A model generated the notes under the pieces. The model was given only the letters and a program-made list of their open reading frames with translations. It was not told the DNA's origin and did no database searches. A stretch of 64,000 bases of DNA, from the NCBI GenBank assembly GCA_038209595.1, contig JBBQXO010000009.1, positions 76 through 64,075 on the forward strand. Direction: 5' to 3'. Position 1 is the stretch's first letter. Each line of letters begins with the position of its first letter. Shown here in pieces: positions 47,711 through 57,275 of the stretch. Source of the DNA: Chitinophagales bacterium. Its GTDB lineage: Bacteria > Bacteroidota > Bacteroidia > Chitinophagales > Chitinophagaceae. Both the position numbers and the translations under genes were made by a program.

Positions 47711-49189
47711 TCAGGTTCCGCAAAAGGTTTTGTAACCTAAATCGCTTGCCGGTGGATGCATATATTTTTCCATGCTTTCGCTATAGGTATAAGGATTTTG
47801 AACCACCTGAAGCAGCTCATTAAAAAGTCCGTAATCCTGGCCCAGCGTTACCGCTTGTAATGCTGCCTCCACCCTATGATTTCTTGGTATGAATACAGGG
47901 TTGGCTTTTTGCATGAGATCATAGGCCTCGGTGAGCGGTTTCTGATTTTGCATAAGTCTTGCCTGCCAGCGGTTAAACCAAAGTTTAAAAGCATCCTCCT
48001 GAAATATGGGCTCATCTGGAAATTTCCCGTATGAAAGGGCATAAAAGGTATTGGTATAATCTGCTTCGTTTTGATACATTAAAAATAAAAGCTGATCATA
48101 AATGGCAGGATCTTCCGGATGACTTTCTAAAAAGCCAAGTTTTTGTCTTATCACCTTTTTCCGGGCTGTAGCATACATATCGGGAAATTGCTGTATGGTA
48201 GCTTTGGCTAGTTCAACGGCTTCCTCTTCGGTCTCTGAAATTAATGGTAGTAAGGTACTTGCAAAAACGGCAAGGTTCCATTGTGCAATAGGGGGTTGAT
48301 TGGAATAGGCATACCTGCCTGAGGTATCAATGGAACTAAAAACTGTTTTGGAATCATATCGGTTCATAAAGGCACAGGGGCCATAGTCAATCGTTTCGCC
48401 ACAAATACTCATATTGTCCGTATTCATTACCCCATGTATAAACCCAACACGCATCCACTCGCTAATAAGATCAGCCTGTTGTTCCATAACGGCTGCCAAT
48501 AGTGCAATACCTTTATTGGGAGAGCCTTCTAATTCCGGAAAATGCCTTTCAATCACATAATCCAAAAAGATTTGAAAGTCAGTTTTTGATAAGTGCCTGC
48601 TTGCGTATTCAAAAGTCCCTACCCGGATATGACTTGCTGCAATGCGGGTAAGAATAGCTCCATCCATTGGTTTTTCTCTATATACAGGATCGCCGGTAGC
48701 GATTACCGCAAGGCTTCTTGTTGTCGGGATTCCCAGTCCATTCATCGCTTCGCTGATCAGGTATTCGCGTAGCATGGAGGAAAGCGTGGCACGACCATCT
48801 CCTCTTCTGGAATAGGGGGTAACTCCAGATCCTTTTAACTGAACATCCAACCTTATTCCACTATTTGTTATATGCTCCCCAAGCAGGATTGCACGTCCGT
48901 CGCCAAGCATATTGGCATATCCAAATTGGTGACCAATATATGCGGTGGCTATAGGGTTTGCTCCTTCAGGTATCCTGTTGCCCGAAAAGATTCCACCCAA
49001 TTCTTCCAGGGTTTCTTCTTTTAAATCGAGACCCATTTCCTCAGCTAACGGGTAATTAACCAGCACGGGGGATGGTTTGGATACGGGGGTTGGCTTTACT
49101 TTGGAGAACAATTTTTCAGGGAGATTCACGTAAGTGTGATCCCAATGCCAACCGGTAAGTTTTGTGTTTTCGGATTTTTTCATAACCAA
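47711..49189 (-). CDS. selO: Protein adenylyltransferase SelO (YdiU)
   Basis: GHQFG..LGDGRAI, LKGSG.TPYSR.GDGRA and HGVMNTDNMSI motifs. Confidence 0.9.
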   Translation of the reverse strand: MVMKKSENTKLTGWHWDHTYVNLPEKLFSKVKPTPVSKPSPVLVNYPLAEEMGLDLKEETLEELGGIFSGNRIPEGANPIATAYIGHQFGYANMLGDGRAILLGEHITNSGIRLDVQLKGSGVTPYSRRGDGRATLSSMLREYLISEAMNGLGIPTTRSLAVIATGDPVYREKPMDGAILTRIAASHIRVGTFEYASRHLSKTDFQIFLDYVIERHFPELEGSPNKGIALLAAVMEQQADLISEWMRVGFIHGVMNTDNMSICGETIDYGPCAFMNRYDSKTVFSSIDTSGRYAYSNQPPIAQWNLAVFASTLLPLISETEEEAVELAKATIQQFPDMYATARKKVIRQKLGFLESHPEDPAIYDQLLFLMYQNEADYTNTFYALSYGKFPDEPIFQEDAFKLWFNRWQARLMQNQKPLTEAYDLMQKANPVFIPRNHRVEAALQAVTLGQDYGLFNELLQVVQNPYTYSESMEKYMHPPASDLGYKTFCGT

Positions 49190-49381
49190 GATGTCCGCAA
49201 ATATAGCTATTTAAGGTATTTTATAAAGCAAGATAAATACAAAGCGAGAGAGACCAATAAAAAGGTTAATAACAACCGCGAAAAGTTAATGAACCTGCAA
49301 TAAACTGCTCTTTATTAATAGTTCTTATGCAGTTATATGCATTCCTATTCTGCAAGTCTCCTTTCCCCTTATCTTTAATTT

Positions 49382-50056
49382 ATGATTCGTTTTAGAATGC
49401 ATCGTTACAATGAGGTCAGTATTTTGCTTGAACTGGAAGATTTAACTGTCGAGACTTCTCATTCCTGCATTTTAATAGTGGAAGCGCATTGCAAGGATAC
49501 TTTTAAAAATATCCTCACCAACCGGATTCCAGCCTATTGTAGTTTACTTCTTACCGTTGCCAAATCTGGAGGGATTCCAGATCTGGAAAAGGAAATTGTA
49601 AAACTTTTAATCAGCATGAAGGATATTCCGGAAAGGGAGCCTGGCGAAGAAAAACTGATTCCCATCTGCTACGATGAACAATTAGGAAACGACTTGAATA
49701 AGATGTCAGGGTACCTGCAAATCGAAAAGGAGACTATCATCAATCATCATGTATTGATGGATTACCGGGTTTACATGCTGGGTTTCTTACCAGGTTTTCC
49801 TTACCTCGGTTTTATACCGGAGGTCATAGCGATGCCCCGAAAGAAAGAGCCTGTGGCAACAAAGGCCGGCGCTGTAGGAATTGCGGGCCAACAAACCGGA
49901 ATTTATCCAGTTGATAGCCCCGGAGGCTGGCAAATAGTTGGGTATACACCCATGTGTATGTTTGATGTTACCCGTAAAAATCCAGCGCTATTATTGCCGG
50001 GGCAAAGGGTTCGGTTTGAAGCTATAAATCTGGAAACGTATTTTAAATTAAAATGA
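49382..50056 (+). CDS. pxpB: 5-oxoprolinase subunit PxpB (KipI / allophanate hydrolase subunit 1 family)
   Basis: FLPGFPYLG and GIYPVDSPGGWQIVG motifs. Confidence 0.85.
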   Translation: MIRFRMHRYNEVSILLELEDLTVETSHSCILIVEAHCKDTFKNILTNRIPAYCSLLLTVAKSGGIPDLEKEIVKLLISMKDIPEREPGEEKLIPICYDEQLGNDLNKMSGYLQIEKETIINHHVLMDYRVYMLGFLPGFPYLGFIPEVIAMPRKKEPVATKAGAVGIAGQQTGIYPVDSPGGWQIVGYTPMCMFDVTRKNPALLLPGQRVRFEAINLETYFKLK

Positions 50057-50062
50057 TGCCCT

Positions 50063-51031
50063 ATGTTTATGAAAATTCAAAGAGCAGGTCTTTTAGACAG
50101 CTTTCAGGATGCAGGCAGAATAGGATTGGCGGAATTAGGCGTGGGGCAAGGTGGATGGATGGACTCACTGTCTGCGGCTTTGGCTAATATACTGGCTGGT
50201 AATGACCGGGAAGAGGCGGTACTGGAAATGCATTTTCCAGCGGCACAGCTCAGTTTTCAAGCGCCAGTTTCTATTGCACTTTCAGGAGCCGATTTTGATG
50301 CTGCCATTGATGGTGTTGCCTTGCCGCTCAACAGACGGATCAATTTACCGGCAGGAAGTGAAATTGTATTTCGAAAAAAAATCAATGGTCAGCGCTGTTA
50401 CCTTGCTATTGAAGGTGGCTGGGATTTACCTCCTGTTTTAAACAGCGTCAGTACATTACTCAAAAGTGGTTTGGGTGGTTGGCAGGGCAGGGCGCTTAAA
50501 AAGCATGATAAGGTACCTTTAAAATTTAAAAATACATTACTTATTGAACAGGTAAAAGTTTCCCCTTTTTTTGTGGCACCTTACATGTGGTATCGGGCAG
50601 CTCCCTTTCATGTGTTCCCTGGTCCTGAGTGGGATTGGCTTTCCGCAGAAACCCAAAAGCAGATTATGGAAACCGCTTATACCATCACCCCATCAAACGA
50701 CCGGATGGGATACCGGCTTGCCGGAGCGCCTTTGGAAATGGTTTGTAATAAGGAAATGAAATCCTCGGGTGTTTTGCCTGGGACCCTTCAGCGACTACCT
50801 AATGGGCAACCTCTCGTATTAACGGCCGATGCCCAAACAACTGGTGGCTATCCTCGTGTTTTGCAGATTGCTGCTGTAGACCTTTCGAGGCTGGCACAAT
50901 TGGGCACGGGAGATTCACTTTGGTTTTCTTTTATAGAAATGGATAAAGCGGTTCAATTGATGGAAAGCCAGCAGCAATGGTTGCAGCAAACAGAGGTGGG
51001 AATGCGGTTTCAAATTTCAGGCTACTCTTAA
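50063..51031 (+). CDS. pxpC: 5-oxoprolinase subunit PxpC (KipA / allophanate hydrolase subunit 2 family)
   Basis: GLLDSFQDAGR, SNDRMGYRL and TTGGYPRV motifs. Confidence 0.85.
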   Translation: MFMKIQRAGLLDSFQDAGRIGLAELGVGQGGWMDSLSAALANILAGNDREEAVLEMHFPAAQLSFQAPVSIALSGADFDAAIDGVALPLNRRINLPAGSEIVFRKKINGQRCYLAIEGGWDLPPVLNSVSTLLKSGLGGWQGRALKKHDKVPLKFKNTLLIEQVKVSPFFVAPYMWYRAAPFHVFPGPEWDWLSAETQKQIMETAYTITPSNDRMGYRLAGAPLEMVCNKEMKSSGVLPGTLQRLPNGQPLVLTADAQTTGGYPRVLQIAAVDLSRLAQLGTGDSLWFSFIEMDKAVQLMESQQQWLQQTEVGMRFQISGYS

Positions 51032-51141
51032 AGACAGCTAAAAGAACCGTTGATATGTCGTTATAAAAATTGGCAAGACTTGCGGGAGGATATTTATAAG
51101 TACCCTTAAATTGGAGTAAAGAAGCTGAAAAGAGGCAGGTT

Positions 51142-51900
51142 ATGAAAAAGCGAGAGAAGTTACCTTCTATTGATCTAAATGCAGATGTAGGAGAAGGTTT
51201 GCCCAACGATGAGGCGCTAATGTCTTATATCAGCTCTGCCAATATTTGCTGTGGTTTTCATGCCGGCAGCCGGCAAATCATGCAGCAAACAATTGGGTTG
51301 TGTTTACAATATAATGTGTCCATCGGAGCGCATCCGGGGTATCCGGACCGGATAAATTTTGGCAGAAAGGAGCAGGAACTTTCTCCGGCACAAATTATGG
51401 ATCTGATAGGGGAGCAGCTTATGCTGATGCAAGAGGATTGTAAAGCCGTGGGGGCCATCATGTATCATATGAAGCCACATGGTGCCTTATACAATCAAAG
51501 TGCCCGCAATCCTCATTTAGCAGCAGCCATTGCAGAGGCATTATTTTCCTTTAACCCTCAATTGATTTTGTTTGGCCTGAGTGGCAGCTGCTCCATTTCA
51601 GAAGCCCAAAAACGGGGTTTAAGAACTGCTTCTGAATTTTTTGCCGATCGTGCCTATACAGATGAAGGCTGCCTGACACCTAGAAATATACCCGGCGCCC
51701 TGATTGAGGATTCCGAAAAATCTGTTGTGCAAGTAATCAACTTCATAGAAAACCAAAAGGTACAAACGCTTTCGGGGCAATGGATTCCGGTGGTAGCCGA
51801 AACAATTTGTTTGCATGGAGATGGGGCACATGCCTTATCTTTTGCCCGAAAAATTCATCAATCAATTACTGCCATTGGCGTCCGCATTCAATCTGTTTAA
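51142..51900 (+). CDS. pxpA: 5-oxoprolinase subunit PxpA (LamB/YcsF family)
   Basis: DLNADVGEG, ANICCGFHAG, KPHGALYN and ICLHGD motifs. Confidence 0.9.
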   Translation: MKKREKLPSIDLNADVGEGLPNDEALMSYISSANICCGFHAGSRQIMQQTIGLCLQYNVSIGAHPGYPDRINFGRKEQELSPAQIMDLIGEQLMLMQEDCKAVGAIMYHMKPHGALYNQSARNPHLAAAIAEALFSFNPQLILFGLSGSCSISEAQKRGLRTASEFFADRAYTDEGCLTPRNIPGALIEDSEKSVVQVINFIENQKVQTLSGQWIPVVAETICLHGDGAHALSFARKIHQSITAIGVRIQSV

Positions 51901-51934
51901 AAAAACCGGGAGATTTACCGGGGCTGCTTTTTTA

Positions 51935-53062
51935 ATGGCAACTGCTGCCATTGGTCCCGGATTTATCACCCAAACCACCGTTTTCACCAGTCAGTTATTC
52001 ACGAGTTTTGGGTTTATCATTCTTGTTTCCATTATTCTGGATATAGTGGTACAATTAAATATATGGCGGGTGATTGCGGTTTCGGGTTTTAAAGCTCCTG
52101 TTTTGGCCAACCGGTTACTTCCTGGTTTGGGTATTTTATTAGCCGCTATGGTAAGTGTGGGTGGTCTCTTTTTTAATATAGGTAATATTGGGGGCTGTGG
52201 ACTGGCACTTAACTCGCTTACAGGCATGTCTTTTGGTACCGGAGCCTTGTTGAGCGGTGGGTTAGCGATTCTGCTTTTTTTGATCCGCGAATTTGGGAAA
52301 GCCATGGATATGTTCACCCGGCTCCTTGGTTTTGTCATGATTGGGTTGATGTTATTTGTTGCCTTTACGGCACATCCGCCTGTTGGGGATATGATAAAAC
52401 ACACCTTTTTGCCTGAGCGATGGGATGTGGTGGCGCTGGTAACATTAGTGGGCGGTACGGTAGGGGGATATATATCTTTTGCCGGAGCGCATCGTATGCT
52501 GGATGCGGGATTTTCGGGTACCCAAAATCTGAAAGAGGTAAATCAGGGTGCGGTAACCGGTATTTTGCTGGCGGGCTTTATGCGTATTTTATTATTTGCC
52601 GCAGTGGCGGGCGTGGTGGCAAAGGGGATTGTATTACCTAAAGAAAATCCTGCCGCCGCTATTTTTAAATCTGCAGCAGGGGAGGCAGGACTTCGGATTT
52701 TTGGCGTTATTTTATGGTCGGCAGCCATTACCTCGGTGGTAGCGGCAGCCTATACCTCAGTAAGCTTTATCGCCTGTCTCCATCCATTTATTCAAAAATA
52801 TCAACGTGCGGCAATCATTCTTTTTATTCTTGCTTCCACACTCATTTTTTACAAAATAGGCAATCCTACCCAATTGCTGATAAGTGCCGGAACGGTAAAT
52901 GGGTTGGTGCTTCCCCTATCGCTTGGGATCATTTTACTGTCTATTCGCTTTGGCAAGTTGCCCAAAGATTATGTACATCCAAAATGGTTGCTGATAAGTG
53001 GTTGGGGGGTTACAGGGTTACTTTTAGTTATGAGCATCCGGGCTGTTTATTTATTATTGTAA
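51935..53062 (+). CDS. NRAMP-family divalent metal transporter (YcsG-like), start uncertain
   Basis: MATAAIGPGFITQTT (NRAMP GPG motif), about 11 TM helices. The ORF is open from 51815 and overlaps pxpA, so I chose the first ATG after the pxpA stop codon. Confidence 0.75.
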   Translation: MATAAIGPGFITQTTVFTSQLFTSFGFIILVSIILDIVVQLNIWRVIAVSGFKAPVLANRLLPGLGILLAAMVSVGGLFFNIGNIGGCGLALNSLTGMSFGTGALLSGGLAILLFLIREFGKAMDMFTRLLGFVMIGLMLFVAFTAHPPVGDMIKHTFLPERWDVVALVTLVGGTVGGYISFAGAHRMLDAGFSGTQNLKEVNQGAVTGILLAGFMRILLFAAVAGVVAKGIVLPKENPAAAIFKSAAGEAGLRIFGVILWSAAITSVVAAAYTSVSFIACLHPFIQKYQRAAIILFILASTLIFYKIGNPTQLLISAGTVNGLVLPLSLGIILLSIRFGKLPKDYVHPKWLLISGWGVTGLLLVMSIRAVYLLL

Positions 53063-53170
53063 AGTAAAAGTTTACCATTCACCCCACTGAAACCGCCATT
53101 TACCGATTTGTTGCTTCAACAGAGCGATTCAGGGTTGGATTCAGGGGTTAATGCCGGTATTTTTGCTCTA

Positions 53171-54046
53171 ATGAATCACACAAAACAGAACACAATGGAA
53201 AATCAACACACTCTCGAATTGAAAAACAAATCAAACCATTTTGATATGCGTAGAAATAAAAATTCTCAGATTTATACCGGTGCCTTTATCCTTATAATAG
53301 GCCTTGGTGTTTTGCTCAGTAAAATTGGTGCTCCGATTCCTTATTATTTATTGAGCTGGAAAGTATTTTTGATAGCATTGGGTTTATTTATCGGATTCCG
53401 CAGTGGATTCAAAGAGATCAACTGGATAATTCCGATCGTTATTGGCTCGGTCTTTCTGATAGGGGATATTTTCCCTGGTTTTTCTTTTGGTCGGATAGCA
53501 TGGCCTACTGCCATCATAGTCGTTGGTGCAGTTATTTTATTTAAAGGCTTGAAGGTGAATGCTATTGGTAAAAATAATGGATTCAATGACTCGATAGATA
53601 CCGGTGGTATTACCGGATTTAAAAGAATGGATGAAACTGATTCAGGAGAATCAGGTGCCTCATCATCAGCTAAATCAGAACCAATGAGCGGTGGGGATCG
53701 CATCACCAATGATATGATTTCGTTGACTGCTGTTTTTGGCGGGGTAAAAAGAACCGTTGTTTCTAAAAACTTCCTTGGGGGCGAAATTACCTCCATATTT
53801 GGGGGCGCCGAAGTGGATTTAACCCATGCTGACATAAGGGGTGTGGTTAAAATAGATGCCACCAATATTCTGGGGGGTACCAAATTACTGGTTCCATCCA
53901 ACTGGGATGTTCAAAGTGAAATGGTTGCTATTTTCGGGGGGGTGGAAGACAAGCGCCGGATTCAACCCGACCTGATTGACCGTAGTAAAAGGTTGATTCT
54001 TACAGGTACCTGCCTGTTGGGTGGGTTGGAAATTAAGACCTATTAA
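53171..54046 (+). CDS. LiaF-like (DUF2154) membrane protein, start uncertain
   Basis: 4 TM helices, then a C-terminal beta-repeat: FGGVKRTV...IFGGAEVDLTHA...NILGGTKLLVP...AIFGGVEDKR. Confidence 0.75.
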   Translation: MNHTKQNTMENQHTLELKNKSNHFDMRRNKNSQIYTGAFILIIGLGVLLSKIGAPIPYYLLSWKVFLIALGLFIGFRSGFKEINWIIPIVIGSVFLIGDIFPGFSFGRIAWPTAIIVVGAVILFKGLKVNAIGKNNGFNDSIDTGGITGFKRMDETDSGESGASSSAKSEPMSGGDRITNDMISLTAVFGGVKRTVVSKNFLGGEITSIFGGAEVDLTHADIRGVVKIDATNILGGTKLLVPSNWDVQSEMVAIFGGVEDKRRIQPDLIDRSKRLILTGTCLLGGLEIKTY

Positions 54047-54081
54047 CGAATTGCCTTTATTCTCCAAAGCATTCAGACAAA

Positions 54082-55122
54082 TTGTACACTTCACTGTTTT
54101 CAAATACCAAATTCCGGCTGGCCTTTGTGGTTATTATTACCGGATGGATTTTTCTTCAGGCGTGGCTGATTACCCTTTTTGGGTTTAGCTGGACCATTGC
54201 CGGTAAGGACAGTTTGGTGGGAAATTCAGTTTTGATAGGAGGTTTCTTTTTGATAGCGAATACTCTTCGTTTTTACCTGCCTGAGCAAAATCGATATATC
54301 TACTTATCGGCGCTGGCGGTTTTTATAGGTTTTTTGTGGCTGATGATTTCTTCCTTTGTGCTGTTCTTTTTAATGTATGGCAATCCGGATTATCAGGATT
54401 TTTACATTGCCTCGCTTGCCGTAAGAGCCACTTTTGGTTTGCTGTTGATTGTCACTTTTCTTTTGATGCATGTATTATGGTATAGCATTCAGCAACAGGC
54501 GCTCATCAATAAACGCGATGCAGAAGCACAAAAGCTGGCCACCGATGCTGAACTCTATCGTATACGGGAACAACTTAAACCGCATTTTCTTTTCAATAGC
54601 CTCAACTCCATTCAAGCACTCATTGGGCAAGATCCAAAAAAGGCTCGTATAATGGTGCAGCAATTGTCTGATTTTTTACGCAGTACCATACGGGGGGACG
54701 AAAAGCAATGGTTTACCCTGCAGCAGGAACTTGAAATATTGAATCTTTATCTTGAGATTGAAAAGGTACGATTTGGACACCGGTTAAATACGGAATTGCT
54801 TATCCCTGACGAAGTTTTATCTTTACAAATACCTGCCTTGCTTTTACAACCAGTACTGGAAAATGCCATAAAATTTGGATTGTACGATACCCTCGACGAG
54901 GTGACCATTCGAATAGAGGCTGGGGTTGAAAAGCATATTCTTTGGATACGGGTTGCTAATCCTTACGATGCAGAAACCGGTATTCGGAAAAAAGGAACCG
55001 GCTATGGACTCAATTCTGTGAAACGCAGGCTGGATCTTGTTTTTAACAGGAAGGATCTTTTACAAACGAGCAGAGAAGAAAATATTTTTATAACCAAATT
55101 ACTGATACCTCAACCAACATGA
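54082..55122 (+). CDS. LytS/YehU-type sensor histidine kinase (TTG start likely)
   Basis: About 4 N-terminal TM helices, His_kinase motif LKPHFLFNSLNSI, HATPase N and G boxes (ENAIKFG, GTGYGL). Confidence 0.85.
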   Translation: MYTSLFSNTKFRLAFVVIITGWIFLQAWLITLFGFSWTIAGKDSLVGNSVLIGGFFLIANTLRFYLPEQNRYIYLSALAVFIGFLWLMISSFVLFFLMYGNPDYQDFYIASLAVRATFGLLLIVTFLLMHVLWYSIQQQALINKRDAEAQKLATDAELYRIREQLKPHFLFNSLNSIQALIGQDPKKARIMVQQLSDFLRSTIRGDEKQWFTLQQELEILNLYLEIEKVRFGHRLNTELLIPDEVLSLQIPALLLQPVLENAIKFGLYDTLDEVTIRIEAGVEKHILWIRVANPYDAETGIRKKGTGYGLNSVKRRLDLVFNRKDLLQTSREENIFITKLLIPQPT

Positions 55123-55865
55123 TACCGGTCGTTATAATTGATGATGAGCCACTTGCCCGTGGGGTGGTAGCGGAGTATTTAGAACCATTTTCAGAATTCC
55201 AGATTGTGGCACAATGCGGTGATGGTTTTGAAGGATTGAAAGCCATTCAGCGGCATCGGCCTGCCTTAATTTTTCTTGATATTCAGTTGCCAAAAATTAA
55301 TGGTTTCGAAATGCTGGAACTTCTGGATGAAAAACCGGAGGTGATTTTTACCACGGCTTTTGACGAATTTGCCATCAAGGCTTTTGAAACAAATGCCATT
55401 GATTATTTACTCAAACCTATTTCGGAACTACGTTTTGGGCAGGCCATAGAAAAGTGGAAGCGTTTACATCAAAGCAAATCATCCGAAGCCGAACGGTCAG
55501 CGGTAAAGAATTATGAAGCTTTGCAGCAGCCGATGCAGCGAGAAAGGGTGGTGGTAAAACAAGGGAGTATTATAAAAATTATTCCGGTCCATGAAATTCA
55601 ATTCCTCGAAGCGGCTGATGATTTTGTAAAAATACATACCGCACAAGGTGCCTATCTGAAAAATAAAACCATGGGTTTTTTCGAAGAAACCCTTGATGCG
55701 GCTGACTTTGTTCGTACCCATCGGTCTTACATTGTTCAAATCAGTGAGATAACCCGTATTGATCCTTATGAAAAGGATAGTTTTGTAGCTGTTTTAAGAA
55801 ATGGTCAAAAAATACCAGTGAGCCGTGCGGGCTACCCAAGACTAAAGGCAATTTTAGGTATTTGA
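55119..55865 (+). CDS. LytTR-family response regulator
   Basis: Receiver domain (VIIDDE...IFLDIQLP) plus LytTR DNA-binding domain (FVRTHRSYIV). There is a 4-nt overlap with the kinase gene. Confidence 0.9.
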   Translation: MIPVVIIDDEPLARGVVAEYLEPFSEFQIVAQCGDGFEGLKAIQRHRPALIFLDIQLPKINGFEMLELLDEKPEVIFTTAFDEFAIKAFETNAIDYLLKPISELRFGQAIEKWKRLHQSKSSEAERSAVKNYEALQQPMQRERVVVKQGSIIKIIPVHEIQFLEAADDFVKIHTAQGAYLKNKTMGFFEETLDAADFVRTHRSYIVQISEITRIDPYEKDSFVAVLRNGQKIPVSRAGYPRLKAILGI

Positions 55866-55876
55866 TCTGATACGCA

Positions 55877-57127
55877 ATGGCAATGAAACAAAAGAAATTG
55901 GTGGTGATTGGTGGGGGAGCAGCAGGGTTTTTTTGTGCTATTAATGCTGCCCGTCAAAATAGCGAATTGAAGGTGATATTGCTGGAGAAAACAGGAAAAC
56001 TGTTACAAAAGGTACGCATAAGCGGGGGAGGACGCTGTAATACCACCCACCATCTTTTTGAAATCAGCAGCCTGAGCAAAAGATACCCCCGTGGAGAGAA
56101 ATTTTTAAAAAAAGCTTTCCATCAATTTTCAAGTGCTGATACGGTTACCTGGTTCAAGGAAAGGGGAGTTACCCTGAAGACTGAGCCGGATGGACGGATG
56201 TTTCCCACGACCGATTCCAGCCAAACCATTATCGACTGCCTTTTTCAGGAAGCTGAAAAATTCGGTGTTGAAATTCGGTTGCATGCAAGTGTTTTGTCCA
56301 TTCATCAGGAAGAAGATGGATGGAACCTGCAGTTATTGGGCCAAAAAACAGAACAGGCAGATTTTGTTTGTGTAGCAGGTGGTGGATTTCCCAAATCGGG
56401 GCAGTTCGACTGGTTAACAAACCACACAAGGCATACGGTGGTGGAGCCGGTTCCTTCCCTATTTACCTTCAATATACCGGGGCACGCCATTACCCAACTT
56501 ATGGGTGTTGCTACTCCGGCAAGCGTAAAAATTGCAGGCACCCGTTTTGAATCTGAAGGTCCTTTGCTGATTACACACTGGGGGTTGAGCGGTCCGGCTG
56601 TATTAAGAACCTCTGCTTTTGCGGCACGCTTCCTTGCAGCAGAGCATTATCATTTTCAGCTAATAGTAAATTGGATGCCTGCATACCAGGAAAACTCTTT
56701 GCGGGAACTTATACTCAATTACCGTCAGAAAAAGGGTACTCAAAAGGTAATCAATAGCGATTGGGTGGAAATGCCTGCAAGACTTTGGGCTTTTTTACTC
56801 TCGGAAACAGGTATTTCTCTGGAAGAAAGGTGGGCTACGTTGCCGGCTCCACTGCAAAATAAATTAATAAAGAATATTTGCAGCTATTCGCTCGAAGCAA
56901 AGGGCAAAACCACCTTTAAAGAGGAGTTTGTGACTGCCGGAGGTATTGCTTTGGACGAAATAAATCCATCTACTATGGAATCCCGCTTGCATAGCGGCTT
57001 GTTTTTCGCTGGGGAAATTATGGATGTGGATGGCATTACAGGAGGGTTTAATTTTCAGCATGCCTGGACTTCAGGCTTCATTGCAGCAATGCATGTTGCG
57101 AATAAAAATGCAGAGATTCCGAAATGA
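55877..57127 (+). CDS. HI0933/BaiN-like NAD(P)/FAD-dependent oxidoreductase
   Basis: VVIGGGAAGFF dinucleotide fold, GGGRCN, and C-terminal FFAGEIMDVDGITGGFNFQ. Confidence 0.85.
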   Translation: MAMKQKKLVVIGGGAAGFFCAINAARQNSELKVILLEKTGKLLQKVRISGGGRCNTTHHLFEISSLSKRYPRGEKFLKKAFHQFSSADTVTWFKERGVTLKTEPDGRMFPTTDSSQTIIDCLFQEAEKFGVEIRLHASVLSIHQEEDGWNLQLLGQKTEQADFVCVAGGGFPKSGQFDWLTNHTRHTVVEPVPSLFTFNIPGHAITQLMGVATPASVKIAGTRFESEGPLLITHWGLSGPAVLRTSAFAARFLAAEHYHFQLIVNWMPAYQENSLRELILNYRQKKGTQKVINSDWVEMPARLWAFLLSETGISLEERWATLPAPLQNKLIKNICSYSLEAKGKTTFKEEFVTAGGIALDEINPSTMESRLHSGLFFAGEIMDVDGITGGFNFQHAWTSGFIAAMHVANKNAEIPK

Positions 57128-57275
57128 CTACTTTTTTGTACAAATCATTCAAATATTTCTGAAAGTTTTCTTAAGGCTTAGTATTCAGTCAACTTATGGA
57201 TGATTCCTTTGGCTGTTTCAATTAACTTCACCGCGACAAGACTATTGCATATTTATTATATAAAATTTTACCTAC

